DNA from: an uncultured Candidatus Binatia bacterium
GTDB taxonomy: Bacteria; Desulfobacterota; Binatia; UBA9968; JAJDTQ01
NCBI GenBank assembly: GCA_964291295.2
Contig: OZ219754.1
Span: forward strand, 96,001-160,000
Direction of reading: 5' to 3'
DNA: 64,000 bases
This document shows, one piece after another, positions 20,049 through 29,734 of this stretch. The position numbers and the translations under genes were made by a program. Numbering within the stretch: the stretch's first letter is position 1; each line of letters begins with the position of its first letter. The notes under the pieces were generated by a model. The model had not been told where the DNA came from. It saw nothing but the letters and a program-made list of their open reading frames with translations, and searched no databases.

Positions 20049-20331
20049 CGGACTCCTCCGCACCCCGCGGCACTGACGCGCGGATGAACTTCATGGGCGC
20101 GGGTCATGCGCCGCGTCACGCCGTTCCGGGAACTTCGATCATACCAACACGATCCGGCACTGACAATTTTCGCGACGGCTTTCGCAACGGACTCCGCAAG
20201 CGAATTTTCGCGACCGAATTCGTCACGGACCGCAACAGGCGGACCGTCACCGACCATTCGGGGCCGGCGCCACCCATCGGGCACGGTGGCCGCCGGCGGG
20301 TGGGCGGCAGGTCCCCGGGGGCACCGCGGGC

Positions 20332-21885
20332 TCAGACTGTCTTGGTCAGCGTCAGGTGGTTGAAGCCGTCCTCCCGGCGGTATCCGATGTCGTCCGCGAA
20401 CTTGAGCACCAGCTGGATACCGATGCCGCTCCCCTCGACCCGATCCGCCAGAAACGCCTCGAAGTCCGGCTCCAGGTTGTCGGCAAGCGGGTCGTACTCA
20501 CGGGCGTCGTCGACAATGTGCACGACCAGGGTCCGGGTCTCTTCGTGAAACTGCAGGTCCACCTCGATCTCGTGTTCGGCCGCGTCGTTGTACCCGTAGT
20601 TGATGGTGTTCATGACCCATTCCTCAAGGGCCAACTGCAACTGGAACCGCGCCTCGTACGGGAACGCGTGGCGTCCGGCGAACTCCTCGACTTGCTGAGC
20701 GAGACGTCCGAGCTCGGCACTGTCGTTCTTGAGCATGAGGCTCAGGGCCTTCTCCGGATCGGTAACGGCGAGTTCCGTCGGACGTCTGGACGGGGCGACC
20801 GGCGGGAGCGCATCCGCGACGATGGCCTTCAACGCGGCGACATCGATGACCGCCTTCACCGAGTACTTGGCACTCCTGGGCGGCCAGGGCTCGGCGGGGT
20901 CCTTGAGAATGAGCTGCCTGATCTGATCGAACAGGTCCGCCACCAACGGCACGCGGCGGACCGCGTCAAAGGCCCGCTCCTTCTCCCGCAGCCGCATGTG
21001 GCGGTAGAAGGTCGTGTACGCCACGGAGTGGTTGTGGCCCAGGTCGAGCACGTCCATCAGCGAATCCGGCCCGTCGAGCGGCAGCTTCGCCGCACGGTGC
21101 AGTTCCGCCAGCGGTTCAGGTCCGATGCGGTCCTCATCAAGCCCCTTCCGGAAACGGCAAAGCGCTCCCAGCACGGCGAAATAGTCCGGTCTCGGCGGCT
21201 GGGTGAAGGTCCACAATGGCCGCACCGGGTCGTTCAGATATCGCGGCTCCCCGGCCTTGTGCTCACGTCCCAGAATGGCGTTCCGGTGGGGAAAGCGGCC
21301 GAAGACCAACAGCGCGTCGGAGTGCTCGATGGAGGCCTTGATGAACGACCAGCTGATGAACTGGTTGATCCTGCGGCGGCCCGACGCCACCACCCCCGCC
21401 AGATCCTTGCTCCAGCGCACGTACTTGTCGACGCACAGTTCCTGAAGCGCCAATTCTTCCGCGTGGGAAAGCGGCACATACACCCACATTCGCTCCAGGA
21501 TGTTGAACTCGGTCATGTCCCAGGCCGTCGTGCACAGATGCTCGGCCATGCGTACGGTAACGGAGTCGTTGGCGTACGCCACCGGGGTGCCCCGGTAGAC
21601 GCTGCGCGGGAACTGGTCGAGCACGATGAGTTTCGCCAACACGCCCTTGGGAGTCTCCCATGCGGGATCGGAAAAGAATGCGTCCACCCCTTCCTTGTGG
21701 ATCTGCTCGCACCAGTCCCGCTGGGCGTCGAAGAACTCCTTGTTCTCGGCGCTGCGGGCAAAGGGACCGAGGCGCCACATCAACATCCGGTCGCGCCAGT
21801 TGTCCCGGCTGGCGTCGCCAACCGAGCGCATCCCGCCCAACCAGAAACTGAGAACCCCCTCAGGGGTTCGCGAAGAAATCGTCAT
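20332..21885 (-). CDS. DUF924 domain fused to a C-terminal RsbW-like (HATPase_c_2) anti-sigma kinase domain
   Basis: DUF924: IVLDQFPRSVYRGTP, YVPLSHAE, FGRFPHRNAILGRE; kinase: LALEEWVMNTINYGY, IVDDAREYDP, GSGIGIQLV. Confidence 0.78.
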   Translation of the reverse strand: MTISSRTPEGVLSFWLGGMRSVGDASRDNWRDRMLMWRLGPFARSAENKEFFDAQRDWCEQIHKEGVDAFFSDPAWETPKGVLAKLIVLDQFPRSVYRGTPVAYANDSVTVRMAEHLCTTAWDMTEFNILERMWVYVPLSHAEELALQELCVDKYVRWSKDLAGVVASGRRRINQFISWSFIKASIEHSDALLVFGRFPHRNAILGREHKAGEPRYLNDPVRPLWTFTQPPRPDYFAVLGALCRFRKGLDEDRIGPEPLAELHRAAKLPLDGPDSLMDVLDLGHNHSVAYTTFYRHMRLREKERAFDAVRRVPLVADLFDQIRQLILKDPAEPWPPRSAKYSVKAVIDVAALKAIVADALPPVAPSRRPTELAVTDPEKALSLMLKNDSAELGRLAQQVEEFAGRHAFPYEARFQLQLALEEWVMNTINYGYNDAAEHEIEVDLQFHEETRTLVVHIVDDAREYDPLADNLEPDFEAFLADRVEGSGIGIQLVLKFADDIGYRREDGFNHLTLTKTV

Positions 21886-22005
21886 GTCCGTCCTGTCTCC
21901 AAAAAAAACTCGGGCAACCCTCGGGTTGAATCACCGGTTCCCATATCATACAGTTTGGAAACAATTAATGACAATCATGGTAATGAAGAGAGCAAATGAG
22001 AGATC

Positions 22006-22033
22006 AAAGAACAGGTTGTAAAAGAACAGATTG
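22006..22033. promoter_or_regulatory. Direct repeat in the AT-rich divergent control region
   Basis: AAAGAACAGGTTG (22006-22018) and AAAGAACAGATTG (22021-22033); a partial third copy ACAGGTTG near 22072. Confidence 0.4.
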
Positions 22034-22214
22034 ATGAAAAATGCAACGAAGGATGAACGGAGAGTCATGGGACAGGTTGCATGAGATCTGTTGAACTGCG
22101 TTTTGCACAAACCGCGGCCGGGCATGGAGGGCCTGTCGGCGTCCGCCGGCAATCGTGCGAGTCGGGCCTGGGGCGCGCACGAAGTCGGTGGCGGCAGTCA
22201 GTCGAGGTCAACGC

Positions 22215-24011
22215 ATGATCTTCCCGATTCCAGGAAAAAACGCCAGCCGCTGGCTTCTTGTCCCATGTCTGTTGGTGCTCGCGGCGGCGTCCGCGGCCGC
22301 ACGGCCCGCCGCCCCCGAGACCCCCATCGATTCCGAGGCCGCCCACCGGCCGCTTTTCCTGGAAGAACGATTTCCCTCTGCGGCCACATGCAGGACATGC
22401 CACGAGGATCATTACCGCGAGTGGTCGGTGTCGCCGCATGCCTATTCCCAGATGAGCCCCGTCTTCAACGCGTTGCACGGCGTCAGCCTTCAGCGAACCA
22501 ACGGAACCATCGGCGACTTTTGCATCCGCTGCCACTCACCCGTGGCCATGGGCCTTGGAGAGCCCTTGTTCATGAGCACCGCGGATCGGCATGTGGGTGC
22601 TCGTGAAGGCACCACCTGCATTGTCTGCCACCGTGTCAACCGCGCCTACGGGAAGGAAAGCGGCCGGATCAAGATCCTTGAGGGCGATCTCTTCGACACG
22701 GTCTACGGCACCGCCGGCAATGAGGAACTCCAGCGTGTGATCGCGAGCGAGGCCTACCAGGTCAACGCCGAGCGGGGCGAGCCGGGCAGGGCCATCCACG
22801 CCGAGGCGGAGCCGTTCTTCCAACTGGTCACTCCAGGGTTCTGCGGCACGTGTCACGATGTCAACTCACCCAATGGATTCCGTCTCGAGGAAGCCTTCAG
22901 CGAGTACAAGGCATCGCCGGCCGCAAGGCAGGGGATATCCTGTCAGGACTGCCACATGGGAACGGAGCCGGGGCGGCCGTCGGGATACGCCCGGGAGCCG
23001 GCGGCCCGCATCGGCGGTGTGGAGACCCGGCCGCGAAAGCGCACCAACCACATGTTCCCGGGACCGGACCATTCGGTGATCCATCCGGGTATCTTTCCAC
23101 ACAACCCCGAGGCCGCGGAACTGGCCACCATCCGTGAGTGGCTGGCGTTCGACCACAAGGCCGGATGGGGCACGGACGGATTCGAGGACAATGTCCCCGA
23201 GGGCGCCGTCTTTCCCGCACGCTGGAATTCCGTGGATGACCGGTATGACGCGCGCGAGATACTGGACCGGCAGATGGCGCTCCTGGACGAGTACATGGCC
23301 CAGCGAAAGCGGGTGTTGCAGGAGGGCTTCACGCTCGGCGCGGTGGTGACCGAACGGGCGGATGAGCGGGGGATCCGTTTCAGGGTGGAGGTGCGCAACA
23401 ACACTTCCGGCCACGGAGTGCCCACCGGCTTCGATGCGGAACGACTGGTCTACCTGCAGGTCACGGTGACGGACCGGGATGGCCAGGTCCTCTTCCGGTC
23501 CGGTGACCTGGATCCCAACGGCGACCTCCGCGACGGTCATTCCCGGTACGTTCATGACGGCGAACTGCCTCGGGATCCCCACCTGTTCAACCTTCAGTCC
23601 AAGTTCCTCATTCGCAACTTCCGCGGCAGCGAGAGCGAACGGGTCATACCGGTCAACGCCTCCTCCGACCCCTTGCCTTTCCTGCGTCCGTTGACGCAGT
23701 CGGGCATCCTCCTGGCACGTCCGGTGGGCTTGCGGAAGCACCGGAAGAACATCGAGCCTGGCGGGAATCGCTGGGGAACCTACGAGATCCCGGGCCGCCG
23801 GCTGACCGGAAAGGCCCCGTACACCGCCCATATCCGATTGATCTTCGGCATGGTTCCGGTCCATCTCGTGGACGAGATCAAGGGCGTGGGGTTCGACTAT
23901 GGCATGAGTGCCCGGGAGGTGGCGGAAGGGGTACTCGCCGGCCATGTCACGCTGCGGGAGCGCGACGTGGAATTCAACGTGCCCGCACGGAACGGCCGCG
24001 ACGTTCGATGA
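22215..24011 (+). CDS. Secreted pentaheme c-type cytochrome with large C-terminal domain
   Basis: Signal peptide; five CxxCH (CRTCH, CIRCH, CIVCH, CGTCH, CQDCH); GAGG RBS. Confidence 0.88.
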   Translation: MIFPIPGKNASRWLLVPCLLVLAAASAAARPAAPETPIDSEAAHRPLFLEERFPSAATCRTCHEDHYREWSVSPHAYSQMSPVFNALHGVSLQRTNGTIGDFCIRCHSPVAMGLGEPLFMSTADRHVGAREGTTCIVCHRVNRAYGKESGRIKILEGDLFDTVYGTAGNEELQRVIASEAYQVNAERGEPGRAIHAEAEPFFQLVTPGFCGTCHDVNSPNGFRLEEAFSEYKASPAARQGISCQDCHMGTEPGRPSGYAREPAARIGGVETRPRKRTNHMFPGPDHSVIHPGIFPHNPEAAELATIREWLAFDHKAGWGTDGFEDNVPEGAVFPARWNSVDDRYDAREILDRQMALLDEYMAQRKRVLQEGFTLGAVVTERADERGIRFRVEVRNNTSGHGVPTGFDAERLVYLQVTVTDRDGQVLFRSGDLDPNGDLRDGHSRYVHDGELPRDPHLFNLQSKFLIRNFRGSESERVIPVNASSDPLPFLRPLTQSGILLARPVGLRKHRKNIEPGGNRWGTYEIPGRRLTGKAPYTAHIRLIFGMVPVHLVDEIKGVGFDYGMSAREVAEGVLAGHVTLRERDVEFNVPARNGRDVR

Positions 24012-24015
24012 GATC

Positions 24016-25506
24016 ATGACCGATTCGGGTCCGACACGCCTGATGGGCGGGAAGAATGGGCGGGCATGCATGCCTGCCGCCATCGTGATGGCGCTGGCGT
24101 TGCTTGGAGCGGCGCCAGCGGCGTCCCCCGACACCGGGAACGAATCGCCGGAGCCTCCCCGAACGGCGGAGCCCGGGAGCCGCCTGTCGGACCAGCCGCT
24201 CCCGCTGCAGGTCGAGAAGGTACCCGACCGCCCGGCGCTGCTGCTGGAACTGGGGGAGCCCTTTCTTGGAACCGGTCCGCTGGGTCGGGAGTTCCAGCTG
24301 CCGACGGGGGCGGTGTGGCGGCCCGCGCTCTGGCTCTTCGGAACCTATCGGACCGCGATACAGACCTTCGACAACGACACCACCGCGTTGCGGACTCCCG
24401 ACTACCAAGGAACGCCCATTACGGAGTGGTCGCACCGCGTCGATCTTTTCGCCAATCTCAAGCTGTCGGCCACGGAACGCTTCCTCATCGGACTACGGCC
24501 CGTCGACCGCGGGATCGAGTTCACCCGCCTGTCCTTCCAGCCGCAGAGCGAGTTCACGACCTCGTTCAACTCGGTGGTCCGCACCCTGTTCCTCGAGGGC
24601 GATTTCGGCGAGATCTTTCCGAACCTCGACGTGGAAGACAGGCGAATGCTCGACTTCGGTTTCTCGGTCGGCCGGCAGCCCATGCTCTTCCAGGACGGAT
24701 TCCTGATCGACAGCGGGCAGATCTGTCATCCCGACGCCGTGACCCTGGTGCGCAACAACCTCCCGTTGCCGGGCGCGTCCAATCTGCGGGCTGCCCTCGT
24801 CTATGCCTGGGGCAACAATTTCCGGGACAACAACCGGTACGATCCGTACGCCAGGTTCTACGGCTTTTTCACGGAAGCGGACTTTGCCCTGACGACGGTG
24901 GACGTGGACTTCGTCTGGCTCGAATCCAAGGCCACGGGCAACGCCTTCCATGCCGGGATCCGGGGGGTTCAGCGCCTCGGGCCGTTCAACACCACGTTCG
25001 CCCTCAATACCTCGCACCCGCTGGAGCGCGAAACACCGGCGACAGGCCGCGGTACGCTGTTGTTCCAGGAAACCTCCTGGACCCCGCCGCACACCGACAA
25101 CGTCCTCTATCTCACCACGTTCTGGGCCATCGAGGAGTTCGCCTCGGCCTTCCGTGGTCCCGACATGGGCGGGTCACTGGGGCGGGCCGGGATTCTGTTC
25201 CAGGCACAACAGCTGGACCGCTACCGGGGAGCGTTGGACAGTCAGGCCCACAATGTCGTCGGGGGCAGTCTCGGGTATCAGATGTTCTTCGACGGTACGC
25301 GGCGGCAGCTCATCCTCGAACTGGGAGGGCGCAGGAACACGAAACGGACGGACGGGGCGGCCGGGGCGGATGAACTCGCCGCGGGCCTGCGATTCCAGCA
25401 GGCTTTCGGCCGACACTTTGTCGCGCAGGTGGATACCTTCAGTACCCTTCGGGAAGGAAGGAACCTCGCCTACGGAGCACGTTTCGAATGGCGAACGCAA
25501 TTCTGA
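24016..25506 (+). CDS. Putative outer-membrane beta-barrel protein
   Basis: Signal peptide (AIVMALALLGAAPA), amphipathic strands, C-terminal YGARFEWRTQF ending in Phe; start 24016 or 24070. Confidence 0.7.
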   Translation: MTDSGPTRLMGGKNGRACMPAAIVMALALLGAAPAASPDTGNESPEPPRTAEPGSRLSDQPLPLQVEKVPDRPALLLELGEPFLGTGPLGREFQLPTGAVWRPALWLFGTYRTAIQTFDNDTTALRTPDYQGTPITEWSHRVDLFANLKLSATERFLIGLRPVDRGIEFTRLSFQPQSEFTTSFNSVVRTLFLEGDFGEIFPNLDVEDRRMLDFGFSVGRQPMLFQDGFLIDSGQICHPDAVTLVRNNLPLPGASNLRAALVYAWGNNFRDNNRYDPYARFYGFFTEADFALTTVDVDFVWLESKATGNAFHAGIRGVQRLGPFNTTFALNTSHPLERETPATGRGTLLFQETSWTPPHTDNVLYLTTFWAIEEFASAFRGPDMGGSLGRAGILFQAQQLDRYRGALDSQAHNVVGGSLGYQMFFDGTRRQLILELGGRRNTKRTDGAAGADELAAGLRFQQAFGRHFVAQVDTFSTLREGRNLAYGARFEWRTQF

Positions 25507-25696
25507 ACAACTGGGCGGGTGCGCCGAGGGACGCTTCGGGATGCGGTCGGCGGGGGTGCTTTCATGGCTCTCCGTCCAAGGTGCCGGCAATCTGTTGCCT
25601 TGCCCCGTATCCGGCACGAGTTCGGGCACGAACCGGGGCTCTGGCCGACCCCTGTCCCACAAGGGTCTTCGGCGGCGCCGACTGCCGGGCTTCAAG

Positions 25697-26959
25697 ATGA
25701 TGGAAACGTGGCTGACAGCCGCGGTCCTGGTGGCCGTGGCGGCATGGGTCGCCGCCGCGGCGGCGGATGCCTGGTCCCGGGTGCGCTGGCGGCGTCGGCG
25801 TCTGGCCCTCGACGTGGAACGCTACTCGGCGCTGGCGAACCTCCTGGCCAGGCGCGACGAGGCCATCGTCCGGAACCTTGCCCGGACCTGGAGCGGCTAC
25901 CGGAACTTTCGCGTCATCTCCAGGGTTGACGAGGCGGAAGACATCGTGTCCTTCTACCTGCGCCCGCATGACGGACGGGCCGTCCCCGAGTTCCTTCCCG
26001 GCCAGTTCCTCACCTTCCGTCTCCATCACGAGGCCGGAGGGGAGCCGACGGTGCGCTGCTACTCGCTGTCCCGCGCCCATGCCCGGGACCGCGACTACCG
26101 CATCACCATCAAGCGGCTGGCGGCCCCGGAAGGCGCCGCACCGGGAACGCCCGGCGGCAAGGCGTCGTCCTGGTTCCACCATCGCATTGCCGAAGGCAGC
26201 GTGGTGGAGGTGGCCCCGCCCGCGGGTCGATTCACGCTGGACCTGGCCGGCGGGCGGGCGGTCGTGTTCATCGCCGCCGGCATCGGCATCACCCCTTTCC
26301 TTCCAATGGTGGAACAACTGGCGGAGCGCGAACCCGATCGGGAGGCATGGTTGTTCCACGGTGCAAGGAACCGGAAACAGCAGATGGGCGCCGACCTCCT
26401 GCAGTGTTGCGCCGAGAACCCCCGCTTCCATTTCATCAGTTGCTACAGCCGTCCCGCGGAACCCGACCTGCTCCCGGAAGGATCCGGCGACAGGGAACGG
26501 GGATGGGTCACTCCCGACCTCCTGCGGCGGCGGCTTCCCTCCTCGAATTACGAATTCTATGTATGCGGTCCGCCGCCGATGATGACGGCGGTCACGCAGG
26601 GGCTCCGTGACTGGGGAGTTCCACCCGGTTCCATCCACACGGAGGCCTTCTCTTCCGGCACGGTGCGCGAGATGGGCCGGGCCAGCCTGAACGCCGGGCA
26701 GACCGCAGCTTGCGACGTCTCCTTCCGCGGAAGCGGCAAGAAGCTGCGCTGGCAGGCGAATTCGGGCACCCTGCTGGACCTTGCGGAAAGGAACGCCGTC
26801 TTCCTGCCTTCGGGGTGCCGGGCCGGCAACTGCGGTACCTGCGCCACGCCCGTGCTTTCGGGAAACTTCACCTACCTTTCCAGGCCCGATGCGCGGGTCG
26901 ACGAGGGAAACTGCCTGGTCTGCATTTCGGTGCCGGCCGGAGACATGGAGCTCGCATGA
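25697..26959 (+). CDS. Membrane-anchored FAD/NAD(P)H/[2Fe-2S] ferredoxin reductase (PaaE/Hmp-reductase-like)
   Basis: N-terminal TM; PGQFLT, RCYSLS, GKASSW, AAGIGITPF, YVCGPPPMM, EAF, CRAGNCGTC...CLVC. Confidence 0.88.
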   Translation: MMETWLTAAVLVAVAAWVAAAAADAWSRVRWRRRRLALDVERYSALANLLARRDEAIVRNLARTWSGYRNFRVISRVDEAEDIVSFYLRPHDGRAVPEFLPGQFLTFRLHHEAGGEPTVRCYSLSRAHARDRDYRITIKRLAAPEGAAPGTPGGKASSWFHHRIAEGSVVEVAPPAGRFTLDLAGGRAVVFIAAGIGITPFLPMVEQLAEREPDREAWLFHGARNRKQQMGADLLQCCAENPRFHFISCYSRPAEPDLLPEGSGDRERGWVTPDLLRRRLPSSNYEFYVCGPPPMMTAVTQGLRDWGVPPGSIHTEAFSSGTVREMGRASLNAGQTAACDVSFRGSGKKLRWQANSGTLLDLAERNAVFLPSGCRAGNCGTCATPVLSGNFTYLSRPDARVDEGNCLVCISVPAGDMELA

Positions 26960-28005
26960 AAGTGACGCCCCGCAACCCGCTCCGGGATTGGCGGCCGTAC
27001 GCGCCGGCGTTCCTTGCGGTGGTGTTCCCGCTGCTCCTGGGCGCACCCGCGGCGGCCCAGGACGCCGCCGCGCGCACGCCGGGGCCGGGGCTTGATGTGA
27101 CGGCCGTTCAGGGGCCCAACGCCTGCGGCGAGTGCCACAAGAGGACCGCCCAAGTCTGGAAGAAGACCGTCCACCATGGCGTATTCAAGGAGACCCACCG
27201 CTCCCGCACGGGCCGGGCCTTCGCCAAGAGTCTGGGGATCCGACGCATCAAGGACCCCGAAGGGCTGTGCGCCACCTGCCACTACACGGTCCGGGCGGGA
27301 AAGAAACGCGCAAGGGCCATCGCCGGCATCTCGTGCGAGTCCTGCCACGGCGAGGGCCGTGACTGGATCCGGCTCCACAGCGCGTACAGCGGCAAGAACA
27401 GGGAGACCGAGTCCCCTCAGGAGGCCGCGTCCCGCTGGATGCGATCCGAGAAGGCCGGCATGGTCCGGCCCCGCAACCTCTACGCCATGGCGCGGAACTG
27501 CTACGCCTGCCATGCCGCCGCCCACGAGGATCTTGTCAACATCGCCGGGCACCCGCCGGGCCGCGGTTTCGAAATGTTGTCCTGGACCATGGGCGAGGTT
27601 CGGCACAATGTCTGGTACACGCCGGCCAACGATGAAGCCTCGCCGGCACGCAGGCGCATGCTCTATCTGGCGGGCCTTTCGCTCTCGCTGGAGACTTCCC
27701 TGGAGGCGCTCTCCAGGGCCCGCACGGCCGGCGGCGCCTATGCCGCGAACCTGAGCGCCCGAATCGACCAGGCCCGGGATGGGCTCGCGAAGGTGGCCGG
27801 GCGGCTGGCCGACCTGGAGGAGATCAAGGCCATGGTGGCCGTGGTGCCGCGCCAGGAGGCGACGGCGGAACAGTTGAAGGCGGCAGCCGCCGCGGTGGCC
27901 GAACAGGCGCGGCGGCTGTTGCAGCGCGACGGCACGGGCATGGAAGCCATCGACGACATGCTCCCCGGCCCCGCGGACTACGTCGGCAAGGTGGCGCGGC
28001 CTTGA
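26956..28005 (+). CDS. Secreted tetraheme c-type cytochrome (c554-like)
   Basis: Signal peptide ending PAAAQ; CGECH, CATCH, CESCH, CYACH; ATGA overlap with the upstream gene. Confidence 0.88.
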   Translation: MKVTPRNPLRDWRPYAPAFLAVVFPLLLGAPAAAQDAAARTPGPGLDVTAVQGPNACGECHKRTAQVWKKTVHHGVFKETHRSRTGRAFAKSLGIRRIKDPEGLCATCHYTVRAGKKRARAIAGISCESCHGEGRDWIRLHSAYSGKNRETESPQEAASRWMRSEKAGMVRPRNLYAMARNCYACHAAAHEDLVNIAGHPPGRGFEMLSWTMGEVRHNVWYTPANDEASPARRRMLYLAGLSLSLETSLEALSRARTAGGAYAANLSARIDQARDGLAKVAGRLADLEEIKAMVAVVPRQEATAEQLKAAAAAVAEQARRLLQRDGTGMEAIDDMLPGPADYVGKVARP

Positions 28006-28029
28006 ACGCCCGCCGCCGTCTGGAGCCAC

Positions 28030-29679
28030 ATGTTCAAGCAACTATCGGCCGCCGAGCGGGAGGAGGTTCGCCGTGGGGTGGCGCAGTCCCCTCTGCTTTC
28101 GAGCATCGCCGCAGACCCCTTCATGGAAACGCGGTTCGAAGAGTTCCTGGCTCAGTACACCCGGCCGGTCCATTTCGACACGGGGGAAGTCGTCTGCCGC
28201 AAGGGTGACTACGGCAGCCTGCTCTACTTCGTCCTGGAAGGGTCGCTCCGGGTGGTGCGCGAAGACCCGGAAGGCGTGGTGGGACTGTCCGATCCCCCCG
28301 GCCTGGTCTCCATCGGACCCGGACGCCGCTTCTGGAACTTCTGGAAGCGGTCCGAGGACGAGGAGATCCTGGTGGTGGACGTCAACTACCGCCGAAGGAT
28401 CACGAACATTGACGAAGTCCTGGAGGCCTGCGAGACGGCACGGCTCGCACCGGCGCGCGCAAGCGCCGGCGCGCCGGCCGCCGCCGCGAACGAGGCCATC
28501 GCCGGCGCCTTCGCCGTGCTGACCCGGTCCGCGTTCCAGCGCACCGTCTTCGCCGAAACGCCGGTCCGCGCACTGGCCGTGCACTGGCGCGGAATGCGTG
28601 ACATGGCCACCCTGCACGACCCCGCACGCAACGCCATCAACCACCACTGCCAAGCCGAGATCACCGACCTGGTATGCTCCGGCGGGTTCGAGATCCCCAT
28701 CTTCTCCTCGCTGCCGGAAAACGCCCTGGCCGCCCTCATGGCAGCCGGGGACTTCCGGTTCGCGGGCAAGGCCGCTTCGGAGTTCACCGCGGTCCGCCAA
28801 GGCGAGCCGCTGCGGGAGGTGTTCGTCGTGGTCTCCGGGTTCGGCCGGGTCCGCCATCTCTCGGCCGGCCAAAGCCGCAGCGTCGGTTTCGTCCGCCGGG
28901 GAGACGTGTTCGGACTGGCGGCGCTGGCGGCGGGCGGGCAAGGGGCCGTGAGCAGGACTTCCCTGGAACTGCTGGGCGACGCCAGCCTGCTGGCGTTGCC
29001 GGCGGCGGCGCTGCTGGAGGACTGCTTGCCGTTCCTTTCCGAAGAGGACATCTCGCAAACCGATCCCGCGACCCTCGTGGAACTCGGGGATCCGGACGCC
29101 GTGAGCCCCGAAGCGCTGCGCAACCGATCCCGGGAGGCCTCGCTCGTGGATTTCCTGGTTGACAACAGTTTTGTCCGGGGACGGCAGGCGATGGTCATCG
29201 ACCAGACCCGCTGCGTGGGCTGTGATGCCTGCGTCCAGGGCTGTGCGGACACCCACGGCGGCGTCCCCCGCTTCGTGCGGCAGGGTCCGTCAGCGGGCGG
29301 CTACGCCGTGGCCAACGCCTGCATGCATTGCGAGGAGGCGCCGTGCCTGGTCAACTGCCCCACCGAAGCCGTGCTGCGCAAATCCAGCGGCGAGGTGGTG
29401 GTGTCGGAGATCCTGTGCGTCGGCTGCGGCACCTGCACCGCCGCTTGTCCCTACGACAACATTCGCCTGGTGGAAATGGGGCTCAACGCGGAGCAGAAGG
29501 AACAGTCCATCCCGGTCGCCACCAAGTGCGACCTCTGCATCGGCCAGGAGGCAGGCCCCGCCTGCGTGCGCGCCTGCCCGCACGACGCCATCGCCCGCGT
29601 GGACCTCACGGACCATGCGCTGGTGCCGCGGTTGGCCGCCGGAGCGCCGCTGCGCACTTTGCAAACGAAGGGACGATGA
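28030..29679 (+). CDS. Tandem cNMP-binding-fold domains fused to a DmsB/NrfC-type 4x[4Fe-4S] ferredoxin
   Basis: GEVVCRKGDYGSLLYFVLEGSLRV and RQGEPLREVFVVVSGFGRV...GDVFG; CVGCDACVQGC, CMHCEEAPCLVNCP, CVGCGTCTAACP, KCDLC...PACVRACP. Confidence 0.85.
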   Translation: MFKQLSAAEREEVRRGVAQSPLLSSIAADPFMETRFEEFLAQYTRPVHFDTGEVVCRKGDYGSLLYFVLEGSLRVVREDPEGVVGLSDPPGLVSIGPGRRFWNFWKRSEDEEILVVDVNYRRRITNIDEVLEACETARLAPARASAGAPAAAANEAIAGAFAVLTRSAFQRTVFAETPVRALAVHWRGMRDMATLHDPARNAINHHCQAEITDLVCSGGFEIPIFSSLPENALAALMAAGDFRFAGKAASEFTAVRQGEPLREVFVVVSGFGRVRHLSAGQSRSVGFVRRGDVFGLAALAAGGQGAVSRTSLELLGDASLLALPAAALLEDCLPFLSEEDISQTDPATLVELGDPDAVSPEALRNRSREASLVDFLVDNSFVRGRQAMVIDQTRCVGCDACVQGCADTHGGVPRFVRQGPSAGGYAVANACMHCEEAPCLVNCPTEAVLRKSSGEVVVSEILCVGCGTCTAACPYDNIRLVEMGLNAEQKEQSIPVATKCDLCIGQEAGPACVRACPHDAIARVDLTDHALVPRLAAGAPLRTLQTKGR

Positions 29680-29734
29680 AGCTGCGGCGGGGCAGGGAGC
29701 CGCGGCCGGCACGGTCCATCCGCGGGCGGGCCGC

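Noticed and set aside
22031-22110. FNR box (TTGATGAAAAATGCAA) and sigma54 promoter (TTGAACTGCGTTTTGCA)
   Set aside because: The FNR second half-site and spacing are wrong; the sigma54 candidate lacks the invariant GG
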